This document shows positions 39,122 to 47,818 of a stretch of DNA of 50,056 bases, in pieces. Every line of letters starts with the position of its first letter. Positions within the stretch are counted from its first letter, which is position 1. The notes under the pieces are model-generated. The model saw nothing but the letters and a program-made list of their open reading frames with translations, did no database searches and was not told the origin of the DNA. This DNA comes from Candidatus Woesearchaeota archaeon (GTDB taxonomy: Archaea; Nanobdellota; Nanobdellia; Woesearchaeales; WAPJ01), in assembly GCA_047602885.1 (NCBI GenBank), contig JBLKOQ010000005.1, positions 1 to 50,056 of the forward strand, written 5' to 3'. Position numbers and translations under genes: made by a program.

Positions 39122-40066
39122 GTGATGGCATTGTTTTATCTTACGTTAAATTCTGACATTCCAGTAAACCCCTTCTATTATGATAGTACTATCGACATTG
39201 TTTTCAAAGTTCAGGATAGGGGTTTGGATATCAGGGCAATTTTTCCTTCAGAAGTGGGTAAAGAAAACAGTCCTACCCTATATTATCCTATATCATCAGT
39301 AATTAAAGGTACCAGGGGACTGTTCTTAGAGCGTACTAATGATAAAATTGACAATGACTCTGTCATCTGGATATATGGTCTTGATGAGCATAGGCCTGCA
39401 CTGAATCCTAATTTATTTGGCGGACTGCAACAATATCATGAAAGTGGGATGAGGATGATGAACACTCCAGTGGCAGAATACTGGGCCGCATCAAAGAAGA
39501 ACATACTAAAGCTTGATAGTATTCCCATTCCAAGAACGTACAGTTTAAGCAGTGAAGAAGAACTTATTGGTCTCTTAAAAGATGAAAAAAGATTGGTTGC
39601 AAAGGCAGACTCAAGTTTCGGAGGACATAACATACATCTCATAGAACATAATAGTATTGGCTCAGAATCGTATAATGCAGTAGCATCAAATATTGAAGGC
39701 TATATAATACAAGAGTATGTGCCCAACGATAACGAAACACGACTAATATATCTTGACGGAAAGCTTATAGCATCCCGCCAGATAATCAACAGGGAAACGC
39801 CATGGGAGAAGAGAAGCGCGGATTATGACCCTTCATCTGCTTCACGTAAAAAAAGGGTTATTCCGTATACACCCACAAGAAAAGAATTGTATACTGCCAA
39901 CTCTATTATAGAACAGACAGGAATGGAATACGGCTCGATAGACTTTTTTGTAGGCGACAAAGTAGTAGTGAACGAAATCAACGGTTCAGGAACAGGAACA
40001 GAGCCATACAAAGGACTAATAATAACGGACATGCTGCTGGACCATGTCATAAGGAAGTATTTGTAA
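39122..40066 (+). CDS. GshB-like ATP-grasp ligase, paralog B
   Basis: DSTIDIVFKVQDRG (compare GshB DSxxxMLxEAQRRG); same ATP-grasp motifs. Confidence 0.8.
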   Translation: MMALFYLTLNSDIPVNPFYYDSTIDIVFKVQDRGLDIRAIFPSEVGKENSPTLYYPISSVIKGTRGLFLERTNDKIDNDSVIWIYGLDEHRPALNPNLFGGLQQYHESGMRMMNTPVAEYWAASKKNILKLDSIPIPRTYSLSSEEELIGLLKDEKRLVAKADSSFGGHNIHLIEHNSIGSESYNAVASNIEGYIIQEYVPNDNETRLIYLDGKLIASRQIINRETPWEKRSADYDPSSASRKKRVIPYTPTRKELYTANSIIEQTGMEYGSIDFFVGDKVVVNEINGSGTGTEPYKGLIITDMLLDHVIRKYL

Positions 40067-40067
40067 A

Positions 40068-40907
40068 ATGCACAAGGCAAGAATAATAGCACCGTCACAC
40101 AGGTTTAGGAGGAAGGATTATGATCGTGCTATTAGCAATATGAAAAGGCTTGGATATAGTTATTCGCATTCTGACAAATTGTTTGACAGGGATCTTGCCT
40201 ATGCCGGTAAGGCTATAGACCGTGCAAAAGACATTAATGATGCTTACTCTGATAATAATACAGATATTATATGGGCTATTAGGGGCGGGAATGGAAGTAT
40301 AGAAACTCTTAGCCATATTGACTTTGCTCAAATAAAAGATAATCCTAAGCCTATGATAGGATACAGTGATGTCAGTTTGCTATTGAATGTTATCAACCAG
40401 AAGACAGGTGTTAGGATGATTCACGGTCCTAATGCTGCATACAAAGTCGATGACAAATACCGAAGGTCTGTTGAGCAATCCATTATGGATTGTATTGACA
40501 GGAATCATTATTCAATGCCTTTGGTCAACACCAATTTCTTAGGAAATATTACCGGCAAAATAGTCGGAGGCAACCTCTCATTGGTTGTAGACTCTCTTGG
40601 GACATCTTTTGAGATAGATACTGATGACAGTATACTGTTTTTTGAGGACCTCGATATTAAGGGGAGGAGATTATACACTCTTCTCGTACAATTATATCTT
40701 GCGGGCAAGCTTAATGTCAATGCGATAGTGTTTGGTCATTTCAAGAACTGCAGCCATCATAAGCATTATATCAGGTTGTTTGTCAGCCGTTATAATATCA
40801 ATGCTGCTTATACGAATAGTTTTGGCCATGGGAATATCAATATTGCTTTTCCCATAGGTGATAATGCTATAATCTCTTCTAAAGACAATAGCATATTATT
40901 CTATTAG
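40068..40907 (+). CDS. S66 family LD-carboxypeptidase / MccF-like peptidase
   Basis: IIAPS, AIRGG, IGYSD, HGP, GGNLS, FFED, FGH; Ser-Glu-His triad present. Confidence 0.9.
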   Translation: MHKARIIAPSHRFRRKDYDRAISNMKRLGYSYSHSDKLFDRDLAYAGKAIDRAKDINDAYSDNNTDIIWAIRGGNGSIETLSHIDFAQIKDNPKPMIGYSDVSLLLNVINQKTGVRMIHGPNAAYKVDDKYRRSVEQSIMDCIDRNHYSMPLVNTNFLGNITGKIVGGNLSLVVDSLGTSFEIDTDDSILFFEDLDIKGRRLYTLLVQLYLAGKLNVNAIVFGHFKNCSHHKHYIRLFVSRYNINAAYTNSFGHGNINIAFPIGDNAIISSKDNSILFY

Positions 40908-40922
40908 CCATACAATGTGTGC

Positions 40923-41468
40923 TTATGACAGTCTTTCGCTAAGAGACTCTATACTATTAATGAATGCTTCTAGCCTGTCATTATATTCTTCTGCAATAAC
41001 ATTTCCTTCTTCATCAAATGACTCTTTGACATTAGATATCATTATTGTCTTAGGTATTACTATTCCTCCTAATGCGGGAATTATCATTCTTAATTGCTCG
41101 TTGGCTCTTATACCTCCATATCTTCCTGTACTATAGCTTATTATTCCAAAGACCTTGTTCTTGTATTCAGGGTAGAATGTGTCTAATGCGTTTTTTAGGG
41201 CTCCTGTAATAGTATGGTTGTATTCTGCTGCTATTATTATTATGGCTTTAGAGTTTCTTATGCCATCGCTTATCTTCTTTAGTTCTATTAGTCTGCCTTC
41301 GCTCTTGTCATACCTCTCACTGAATACCTGTAATGATTTCTGTTCTTGAGGGTTAACCAGTACAATATCATATCCTTTCTCAGTTAGCACTTTTTCTATC
41401 CAGCTATATACTCTTAGTCCGTTGCTTTCATTTCTTGTACTTGACAGGAATATGGTTATTTTTGCCAT
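40923..41468 (-). CDS. NADPH-dependent FMN reductase family
   Basis: SSTR, AEYNH..GALKNALD, GGIRA.EQLR. Confidence 0.9.
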   Translation of the reverse strand: MAKITIFLSSTRNESNGLRVYSWIEKVLTEKGYDIVLVNPQEQKSLQVFSERYDKSEGRLIELKKISDGIRNSKAIIIIAAEYNHTITGALKNALDTFYPEYKNKVFGIISYSTGRYGGIRANEQLRMIIPALGGIVIPKTIMISNVKESFDEEGNVIAEEYNDRLEAFINSIESLSERLS

Positions 41469-41641
41469 AATAATAGTTTCAGCCACGGTTTTATAAATGA
41501 TACGGAGCATTTATTATGGTCATTTATTTGTTACTGTGTAATCAGTTCAAATGACCCTTATTATCATAATCTTTTTATAAGACTAATAAAGCTTTCTCTA
41601 AGAATTCATGCTATTATTGAATTATACGGAGGTAGAATGTT

Positions 41642-43102
41642 ATGGCAGAAGAAGAACGTAATAATGATGGGGATGAGCCTTTAAAAGGACCTAGGATTAC
41701 TCATATCCAGAGGGAATCATCCCCTAAGAGTGAGCCTGACAATTTTTGGAAGATAGCCGCTTTTGGTTTTCTCATACTGCTAATAGTAAGTATAGGAACT
41801 AGGGGTTTTACCTCTTTTGATTTGTTTGCTGGTACAGATCCTACAGGAAGAGCTATTCTTCCAGGTGATGACGTGCAGGTTGACGGATTCTATTTTTTGG
41901 GTGATGAGAATGCTCCTGTAACGATTATAGAATATTCTGATTATATGTGTCCTTTCTGTCAGAGGCATCATGTCCAGACTCTGCCGAGGATTATGGAAAA
42001 CTATATCGAGACTGGCAAGGTAAGGTATGCTTTTGTAGACTATCCTGCTATCAGGCATCCTGTAACAGAGCCTGCGGCTAATGCAGCATGGTGTGCTGGA
42101 GACCAAGGAAGATATTATGAGTACAATGATATTATATTCAGTAATTTTGACAGTCTAAGAACTGTTACAGGCAATCCTAATGCTCAATTATTGGGTTTTG
42201 GAGAGCAATTAGGGCTTGATATGGATGCTTTTACTGAGTGTGTAGAGGCAGGAAGACATCTTGATGGTATCATGCAAAGAGCTCAGGAAGCCTCTCAACG
42301 TGGAGTGCAGGCCACCCCAACATTTTTCATTAATGATGTGATGGTTAGGGGCGCTCAGGATTATAGGGTATTCGAAGAGTATATCGAGCAGGCACTTGCA
42401 GGAGATCTTGAAGCTCCTCCGCCACAAGTAGAGGAGATTGTAGAGCAACTTCCATCCTCTCCTGAAATAATCACTTTTAGCGTACAAGGCCCTATGCTTG
42501 GCGATAGTGAAGCTCCTATTAGCATATCAGACTTTTCGAGCTATCAGTGCCCATTCTGTGCAAGATTCCATCTTCAGACACTCCCTCATATAAGATCAGA
42601 ATATATCGAAGAAGGAATAGTTAGGATGTATGCAAGAGACTTCCCATTGGCTATGCAAGTGAATAGCGCTCCTGCTGCTAATGCAGCTCATTGTGCAGGA
42701 GACCAGGACTCTTATTTTGAGTACCAATCAATACTTTATAATAGGCAGTCTACATGGGCATCTCTACCAAATCCTACTGATGCTTTTGTCAGTTATGCCG
42801 TAGAATTAAATCTTGATGAGGATATTTTTAGGAGCTGTGTTGAGGATTCTGTTCATGCTCAAAGAGTCCAGTCTGACTTCGGAGTAGGACAATCTGTAGG
42901 AGTGTCAGGCACCCCATCATTTATTGTGTTAACATCCAAAGAAAATGTTGATGTTGATGCACTTGTAGAATTGCAGATGCCTGACGGCAGAGGCGGTTTC
43001 TTCATAAGGTATATTGAGACAGAAGAAGGCCTTGCAGGCGCTAGAGTGGTTGGTGCCCAGCCAGCAGAAGTATTCGATGCTGTGATATCAGCATTAAGAT
43101 AA
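41642..43102 (+). CDS. Membrane-anchored double DsbA/thioredoxin-domain oxidoreductase
   Basis: Two units with DYMCPFC / SYQCPFC, TPTF/TPSF and GAQ; SD GGAGG. Confidence 0.9.
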   Translation: MAEEERNNDGDEPLKGPRITHIQRESSPKSEPDNFWKIAAFGFLILLIVSIGTRGFTSFDLFAGTDPTGRAILPGDDVQVDGFYFLGDENAPVTIIEYSDYMCPFCQRHHVQTLPRIMENYIETGKVRYAFVDYPAIRHPVTEPAANAAWCAGDQGRYYEYNDIIFSNFDSLRTVTGNPNAQLLGFGEQLGLDMDAFTECVEAGRHLDGIMQRAQEASQRGVQATPTFFINDVMVRGAQDYRVFEEYIEQALAGDLEAPPPQVEEIVEQLPSSPEIITFSVQGPMLGDSEAPISISDFSSYQCPFCARFHLQTLPHIRSEYIEEGIVRMYARDFPLAMQVNSAPAANAAHCAGDQDSYFEYQSILYNRQSTWASLPNPTDAFVSYAVELNLDEDIFRSCVEDSVHAQRVQSDFGVGQSVGVSGTPSFIVLTSKENVDVDALVELQMPDGRGGFFIRYIETEEGLAGARVVGAQPAEVFDAVISALR

Positions 43103-43200
43103 GTCCATGAGAAGAAAACATTTTTTTACTATTGTTAATATGATAGTTTTTCGTTAGTTAAAGGAAGATTTAAAAACATCATTCCAGTACTTTTATATAT

Positions 43201-43273
43201 GGGCCTGTGGTCTAGTGGTTATGACGCCACCTTGACGTGGTGGATGTCCCCAGTTCGAATCTGGGCAGGCCCA
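43201..43273 (+). tRNA. tRNA-Val(GAC)
   Basis: Acceptor GGGCCTG/CAGGCCC-A; CCACC-TTGACGT-GGTGG. Confidence 0.95.
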
Positions 43274-43281
43274 TCATAAAA

Positions 43282-44382
43282 ATGAAAGCACACCATATGA
43301 GCAAGAGCAAGATAGCACTATTAGTGTTGATCTTAGTTTCTAGTCTGGTAGCATTGCTTATGATAATGCCTTACATGCGTACAATTATTGCAGGGATAAC
43401 TGCAGGCTTCATATTCCTTCCATTGTACAAATTATTGAAGAGAATAGTAAGGTTTGAATGGATTGCCAGCATAATGGTACTTATAGTAATATTATTCTTT
43501 CTTGTAGTGCCTCTTGCAATTTCAGGCATACTCATTGCTCAAGAGCTTTCTACTCTTGCAGACCTCTCTTCAGGCCAAATAGAAGATATTCTTTCTGGGA
43601 TTGACGATATGAATATACCGTCATATATTGGTGGGATTGTCTCTCCAGAAGAGCTTCAGGATTATGTGGACAGGTCATTGTCTAATATGGCTTTTAGGTC
43701 CACTCAGTGGATTGAGAGGATGCTCGCAAACAGCCTTAATTTTTTCTTGTCATTCTTGGTCTTCACTTTCGTCACATACTATTATATGAAAGACCATAAC
43801 AAGATTAGCAGTAAGATTAGGGAAATAATCAAGTCTTTGTTTGACAGCAAGGATTCTGTGAGGATACAGCATTATCTTACTAAGGTCGGCTCTACTGTTA
43901 ACGCTGTTATTAGGGGTACTATTATTATGACTATTATACAGTCGGCACTGCTGATACCATTGTATTATGCGCTCGGACTCCAAACTCCATTGTTATGGAC
44001 TATACTAACTTTTTTCGTAGCACTCCTGCCAATGTTCGGCACTACTATTATATGGCTTCCTCTAACCGCTATTGTACTGGTAAGGGCTATCATGATGGGT
44101 GATGTTAGCATGATAATAATAGCCATAGTCGGTTTTGGATGGGGTACTTTTGTGGCTAATGTGGATAATGTGCTAAGGCCTACTATTATTGGTAAGCAGG
44201 GCAAGATTCACCCCTTGACCATTCTTATAGGGATTTTGGGAGGACTGAAGGTCTTTGGGTTTGCAGGTATATTTGTAGGACCTGTCATTCTTACGGCAGC
44301 ATTCCTGTTCATAGAGACATTTCTTATATCTGACGAAAAGAAGGATGCTGAGAATAATACAATAGATTTAAAAAAACAATGA
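43282..44382 (+). CDS. AI-2E family transporter
   Basis: PLY..L, LLPMFGT...P, DNVLRP..IG..IHPL..GILGG..FG..G...GP. Confidence 0.92.
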   Translation: MKAHHMSKSKIALLVLILVSSLVALLMIMPYMRTIIAGITAGFIFLPLYKLLKRIVRFEWIASIMVLIVILFFLVVPLAISGILIAQELSTLADLSSGQIEDILSGIDDMNIPSYIGGIVSPEELQDYVDRSLSNMAFRSTQWIERMLANSLNFFLSFLVFTFVTYYYMKDHNKISSKIREIIKSLFDSKDSVRIQHYLTKVGSTVNAVIRGTIIMTIIQSALLIPLYYALGLQTPLLWTILTFFVALLPMFGTTIIWLPLTAIVLVRAIMMGDVSMIIIAIVGFGWGTFVANVDNVLRPTIIGKQGKIHPLTILIGILGGLKVFGFAGIFVGPVILTAAFLFIETFLISDEKKDAENNTIDLKKQ

Positions 44383-44405
44383 ATTCTATTCTATTGTGAT
44401 GATTA

Positions 44406-45893
44406 ATGGAATTTCTTGTTAAGAAGACAGGATTCTCTTCTGGGGGTCCTAGGATAGTGTACATGAACAATAATGATGCTACTGCTCTTGGAGTCCATAA
44501 GGGCAATAGGATAATGCTATCATCAGGAAATTATAGCAGTGCTGTCGTGGTTGACATATCATATAATAACAGTATAAAAAGAGGCAGCCTCTCAGTTAAT
44601 GAAGAGGTTAGGAGAGCATTAGGGGATTCTAGGAAGGTCAAGGCTGAGCTCATAGGCAAGCCAATATCATTGTATTATATTAGGCAAAAGATTGAGGGCA
44701 AGGAGCTTAAAGAAAATGAGATAAGGAAGATTATCGAGGATATAGTAAGCCATACTATTATTGACTTTGAAATATCATTTTTTGTAGCTGCAGGTCATGT
44801 TCACGGATTTACTGATAACGAAACTATCGCATTAACCAAGGCAATGATATCCACTGGTGAAATATTACGATTCGGTAATACTATGATATATGATAAGCAT
44901 TGTACTGGAGGAGTTCCCAATAACAGGACTACTATGATCATGGTGCCTATACTTGCATCTCTGGGTCTTAAGATTCCTAAGACAAGTTCGAGGAGCATTA
45001 CGAGTCCTGCCGGTACTGCAGATACTATGGAGGTTCTTGCTAATGTCCACTTGTCAGCCCAGGATATAAAAAGAATAGTCGATAAAGAAAACGGGTGCAT
45101 AGCATGGGGGGGCTCTTTGAATCTTGCTCCTGCAGACGATGCGATTATTAATGTAGAGCATCCTCTAGGACTGGATGCGAGGGGACAGCTTATAGCTTCA
45201 GTGCTCGCCAAAAAAGCTTCAGTATCCTCAAAGAAAGTCCTTATAGATATTCCTATAGGCAAGAATACTAAATTTAAGACAAGGGCTCAGGGAAATGCGT
45301 TAAAGAAGAAGTTTGAGCTTGTAGGAAGGAAGATAGGCATGGATATTACTACCATTCTTACTGACGGGGAAGAGCCTATAGGACGAGGAATAGGACCTGC
45401 TCTGGAAGCAAGAGACGTATTATGGATTTTGGAGAATGATTCTAGAGCCCCTAAAGACCTTAAGGAAAAGAGTTGTATGATGGCAGGCATCCTTATAGAG
45501 ATGTCAGGAAAATCTCCTAAAGGAAAAGGAGTAGTTCTTGCCAGGAACATTATTGACTCTGGAGAGGCTTTGAAGAAGATGAAGAGTATTATCAAGGCTC
45601 AGGGTAAGAAGATAGATTGTTCTAAAGATATAAAGCTCGCAAAGTATTCTTATGACATAAGGGTTCCTAAGAAAGGACTGTTGAAAGGGTACCATACGAG
45701 TAAGCTTGCAGTCCTCTGCCACTTACTTGGCGCTCCACAGGATTCGAGAGCCGGAGCATATATCCATATAAGTCCCAACTCTATGGTCAAAAAGGGCGAT
45801 ATCATGATAACAGCTTATGCTGACAGCCTCGAAAAAATGAAGATGGCAAAGAGCTTTATCGACGAGCACCATAACACCATTCCAGAATATTAG
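44406..45893 (+). CDS. AMP phosphorylase / thymidine phosphorylase family
   Basis: DKHCTGGVPNNRTT, PKTSSRSITSPAGTADTME, GRGIGPALEA; N-terminal AMPpase-type extension. Confidence 0.92.
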   Translation: MEFLVKKTGFSSGGPRIVYMNNNDATALGVHKGNRIMLSSGNYSSAVVVDISYNNSIKRGSLSVNEEVRRALGDSRKVKAELIGKPISLYYIRQKIEGKELKENEIRKIIEDIVSHTIIDFEISFFVAAGHVHGFTDNETIALTKAMISTGEILRFGNTMIYDKHCTGGVPNNRTTMIMVPILASLGLKIPKTSSRSITSPAGTADTMEVLANVHLSAQDIKRIVDKENGCIAWGGSLNLAPADDAIINVEHPLGLDARGQLIASVLAKKASVSSKKVLIDIPIGKNTKFKTRAQGNALKKKFELVGRKIGMDITTILTDGEEPIGRGIGPALEARDVLWILENDSRAPKDLKEKSCMMAGILIEMSGKSPKGKGVVLARNIIDSGEALKKMKSIIKAQGKKIDCSKDIKLAKYSYDIRVPKKGLLKGYHTSKLAVLCHLLGAPQDSRAGAYIHISPNSMVKKGDIMITAYADSLEKMKMAKSFIDEHHNTIPEY

Positions 45894-45941
45894 AGTTTTT
45901 CAATAATAACATTTTTGGTCGTTGAAAGAACACTGTCCGTC

Positions 45942-46010
45942 TTATTTCTTCTTCTTGACAGGTTTCTTTGCAGCAGGTTTCTTTGCAGCAGCCTTCTTTT
46001 TTGCAGCCAT
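45942..46010 (-). CDS. 22-aa Lys/Ala-rich H1-like micropeptide MAAKKKAAAKKPAAKKPVKKKK
   Basis: Perfect SD GGAGGTGA 5 nt upstream of ATG; BRE/TATA (aaaaacttatataa) about 50 nt upstream. Confidence 0.75.
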   Translation of the reverse strand: MAAKKKAAAKKPAAKKPVKKKK

Positions 46011-46202
46011 ATCATTCACCTCCTGTCCTGATGTTTTGTAGGAACATGCGAATATTTTATTATATAAGTTTTTAAAACTTGTTATTCTTTGTTCTTTTTG
46101 GGATTGCCAACTATCATACTCCATTACTGCCCTGTCCATAAAACATTCGTCGGACAATAATAGAAAATTTTAAGAGTGCTCCGTAGTAATCCTCTAACAT
46201 AT

Positions 46203-46275
46203 AGCCCTGTGGTGTAGCGGCCTATCATCTCGGACTCTGGATCCGGGGACCCCGGTTCGAATCCGGGCAGGGCTA
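46203..46275 (+). tRNA. tRNA-Gln(CTG)
   Basis: Acceptor AGCCCTG/CAGGGCT-A; TCGGA-CTCTGGA-TCCGG; GGTTCGAATCC. Confidence 0.95.
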
Positions 46276-46473
46276 GATTCTATAACAAAATAATATGCCC
46301 AAATTCGAACACAACAAAAATCACAGATTTTTGAGGTTCGCCTTCATAGAAGCCGAACAATCCGGGCAGGGCTAGATTCTATAACAAAATAATATGCCCA
46401 GATTCGAACACAACAAAAATCACAGATTTTTGAGGTTTGCCTTCATAGAAGCCGAACAATCCGGGCAGGGCTA
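46260..46473 (+). repeat. tRNA-linked 99-bp tandem repeat (2 units, 3 copies of the tRNA 3' end)
   Basis: AATCCGGGCAGGGCTA at 46260, 46359 and 46458; the two units differ at 2 positions. Confidence 0.92.
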
Positions 46474-46623
46474 TAGCCCTTTTAGTAGAATAGCAGGATT
46501 TCCAAAACCCTATTTATAAAGCATGAAACATGTTTCTCTATAAAAGAATGTTTAAAAACCTAGACCAGAGCGTTTGTTTCATCAGCCTTATACAATGATA
46601 AACTGTTATATTCTTCTATGATA

Positions 46624-46660
46624 GCGCATAGCACACTTTTCAGACATTTTCTTCAGAGCC
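46624..46660 (+). mobile_element. Right-end remnant of the 134-bp MITE-like element
   Basis: GCGCATAGCACACTTTTCAGACATTTTCTTCAGAGCC matches the right ends of copies 2 and 3. Confidence 0.75.
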
Positions 46661-46841
46661 CATGTTTCACTACTTTATAATGACTATATAATTCCAAGTA
46701 AGAAAACTAAGATAAATAATACCTCAATAGCGTTGAGTCATTAGAATTCAAAGAATCAGTTTTTGCTTACTGAGACTGAGCAGAGCGAATTCATTTTGTA
46801 ATTATAGTAATCCTAATAAACACCCCATCTAATTTATTGTT

Positions 46842-47087
46842 ATGAGAAGAAAAGTATACGGTGAATCTAAGCAATCATTATGCTTTTTTTGTTCAAGGCA
46901 AGGACTATACAATAATGTTGAGGGTTTTCCCGTTTGCAAGGAGCATAAGGGCAATAGTGTTGGGAGTATGCGATGTATCTGCAATAGGTTATTGGATGTT
47001 AGGAAAGGAAGGTTTGGGAGTTTCTTCGTATGCGATTATTGTGGTCCTATGAGCTTAAGCAAGGTTTTGGAGATTAACAGGAAATGA
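46842..47087 (+). CDS. Small double zinc-finger protein
   Basis: CFFC..CKEH, CIC...GRFGSFFVCDYCG. Confidence 0.75.
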   Translation: MRRKVYGESKQSLCFFCSRQGLYNNVEGFPVCKEHKGNSVGSMRCICNRLLDVRKGRFGSFFVCDYCGPMSLSKVLEINRK

Positions 47088-47155
47088 TACATAACCACTA
47101 CCCGTTTATAAGCTAGTGTGGCAAAGCATTTTAACCCGTATAACTATCCCTTCTT

Positions 47156-47722
47156 ATGGCAGTAAAGGAAAAGAAACCAGAATCAGACTATAATGTTATG
47201 AATAAACATCATAGTGAAGAGCATCTTCTATTAGAAAGTTCTCTTGAGATGATAAGAGTTAATATTGGACTTGATAATAATATTAGGATTCTTCCTTACA
47301 GGATGTCTTTTGAGGGTATTGATGATTCATACTATTTGGGTATTATGGACTGGGAGCTTTCTAATAGGAAGCAGATGAGAGATCCTAAAGTCGACCCTCT
47401 AAGGGCATATTATGCTTTGGGCTCAGGATTAGTTATTCCAGAACTGGACCCTAGAAGGGTCTATGGAAGTCTGATAGGAAACAAGGCTCACACTCCTAAG
47501 AACCTTGTCAACAGGATAGTGAATGTGCCTTCCAATCTTTACGGCAATTATTCGAGGAGTCTAAGGCTACAGCTTGAGCCTTCAGAATCGTATCGTTTGG
47601 ATGTTCCTGAAGATATTACTAGTATTGTAAGGGGAGGAGCCCAGGTTAGTCTGGAAACTCTTAGTATAGAAGATGCTGTTAGGCTGGCAGAAGATTCTAT
47701 GCACGACTATAATTTTCATTAG
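47156..47722 (+). CDS. Hypothetical protein
   Basis: Open frame with host-like codon usage. Confidence 0.6.
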   Translation: MAVKEKKPESDYNVMNKHHSEEHLLLESSLEMIRVNIGLDNNIRILPYRMSFEGIDDSYYLGIMDWELSNRKQMRDPKVDPLRAYYALGSGLVIPELDPRRVYGSLIGNKAHTPKNLVNRIVNVPSNLYGNYSRSLRLQLEPSESYRLDVPEDITSIVRGGAQVSLETLSIEDAVRLAEDSMHDYNFH

Positions 47723-47818
47723 ATTACTACCTCTTCATAACTAATAAATTCATATTTTTGAGTAGGCATAATATTATTATACTATTCTCTAACTCCTCCT
47801 ATCAGTAAGGGGTTTATT

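Larger units (their letters stand above)
38152..40066 (+). repeat. 970-bp-period tandem gene duplication with near-identical blocks
   Basis: Constant 970-nt offset at the starts, at 38473/39443, 38749/39719, 38944/39914 and at the stops. Confidence 0.9.

Noticed and set aside
38152-40066. Diversity-generating retroelement TR/VR pair
   Set aside because: No reverse transcriptase in the window; both copies are full genes and the differences are not adenine-specific
44406-45893. Complete AMP/RuBisCO pathway
   Set aside because: No R15P isomerase or RuBisCO gene in this window
46260-46473. Possible CRISPR array
   Set aside because: The intervening sequences are near-identical, the repeat is a tRNA 3' end, and no cas genes are present
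46529-46669. Full-length fourth MITE bounded by CATGTTTCT/CATGTTTCA
   Set aside because: The possible TSD is suggestive, but 46538-46623 does not align to the other copies; only the right end is called
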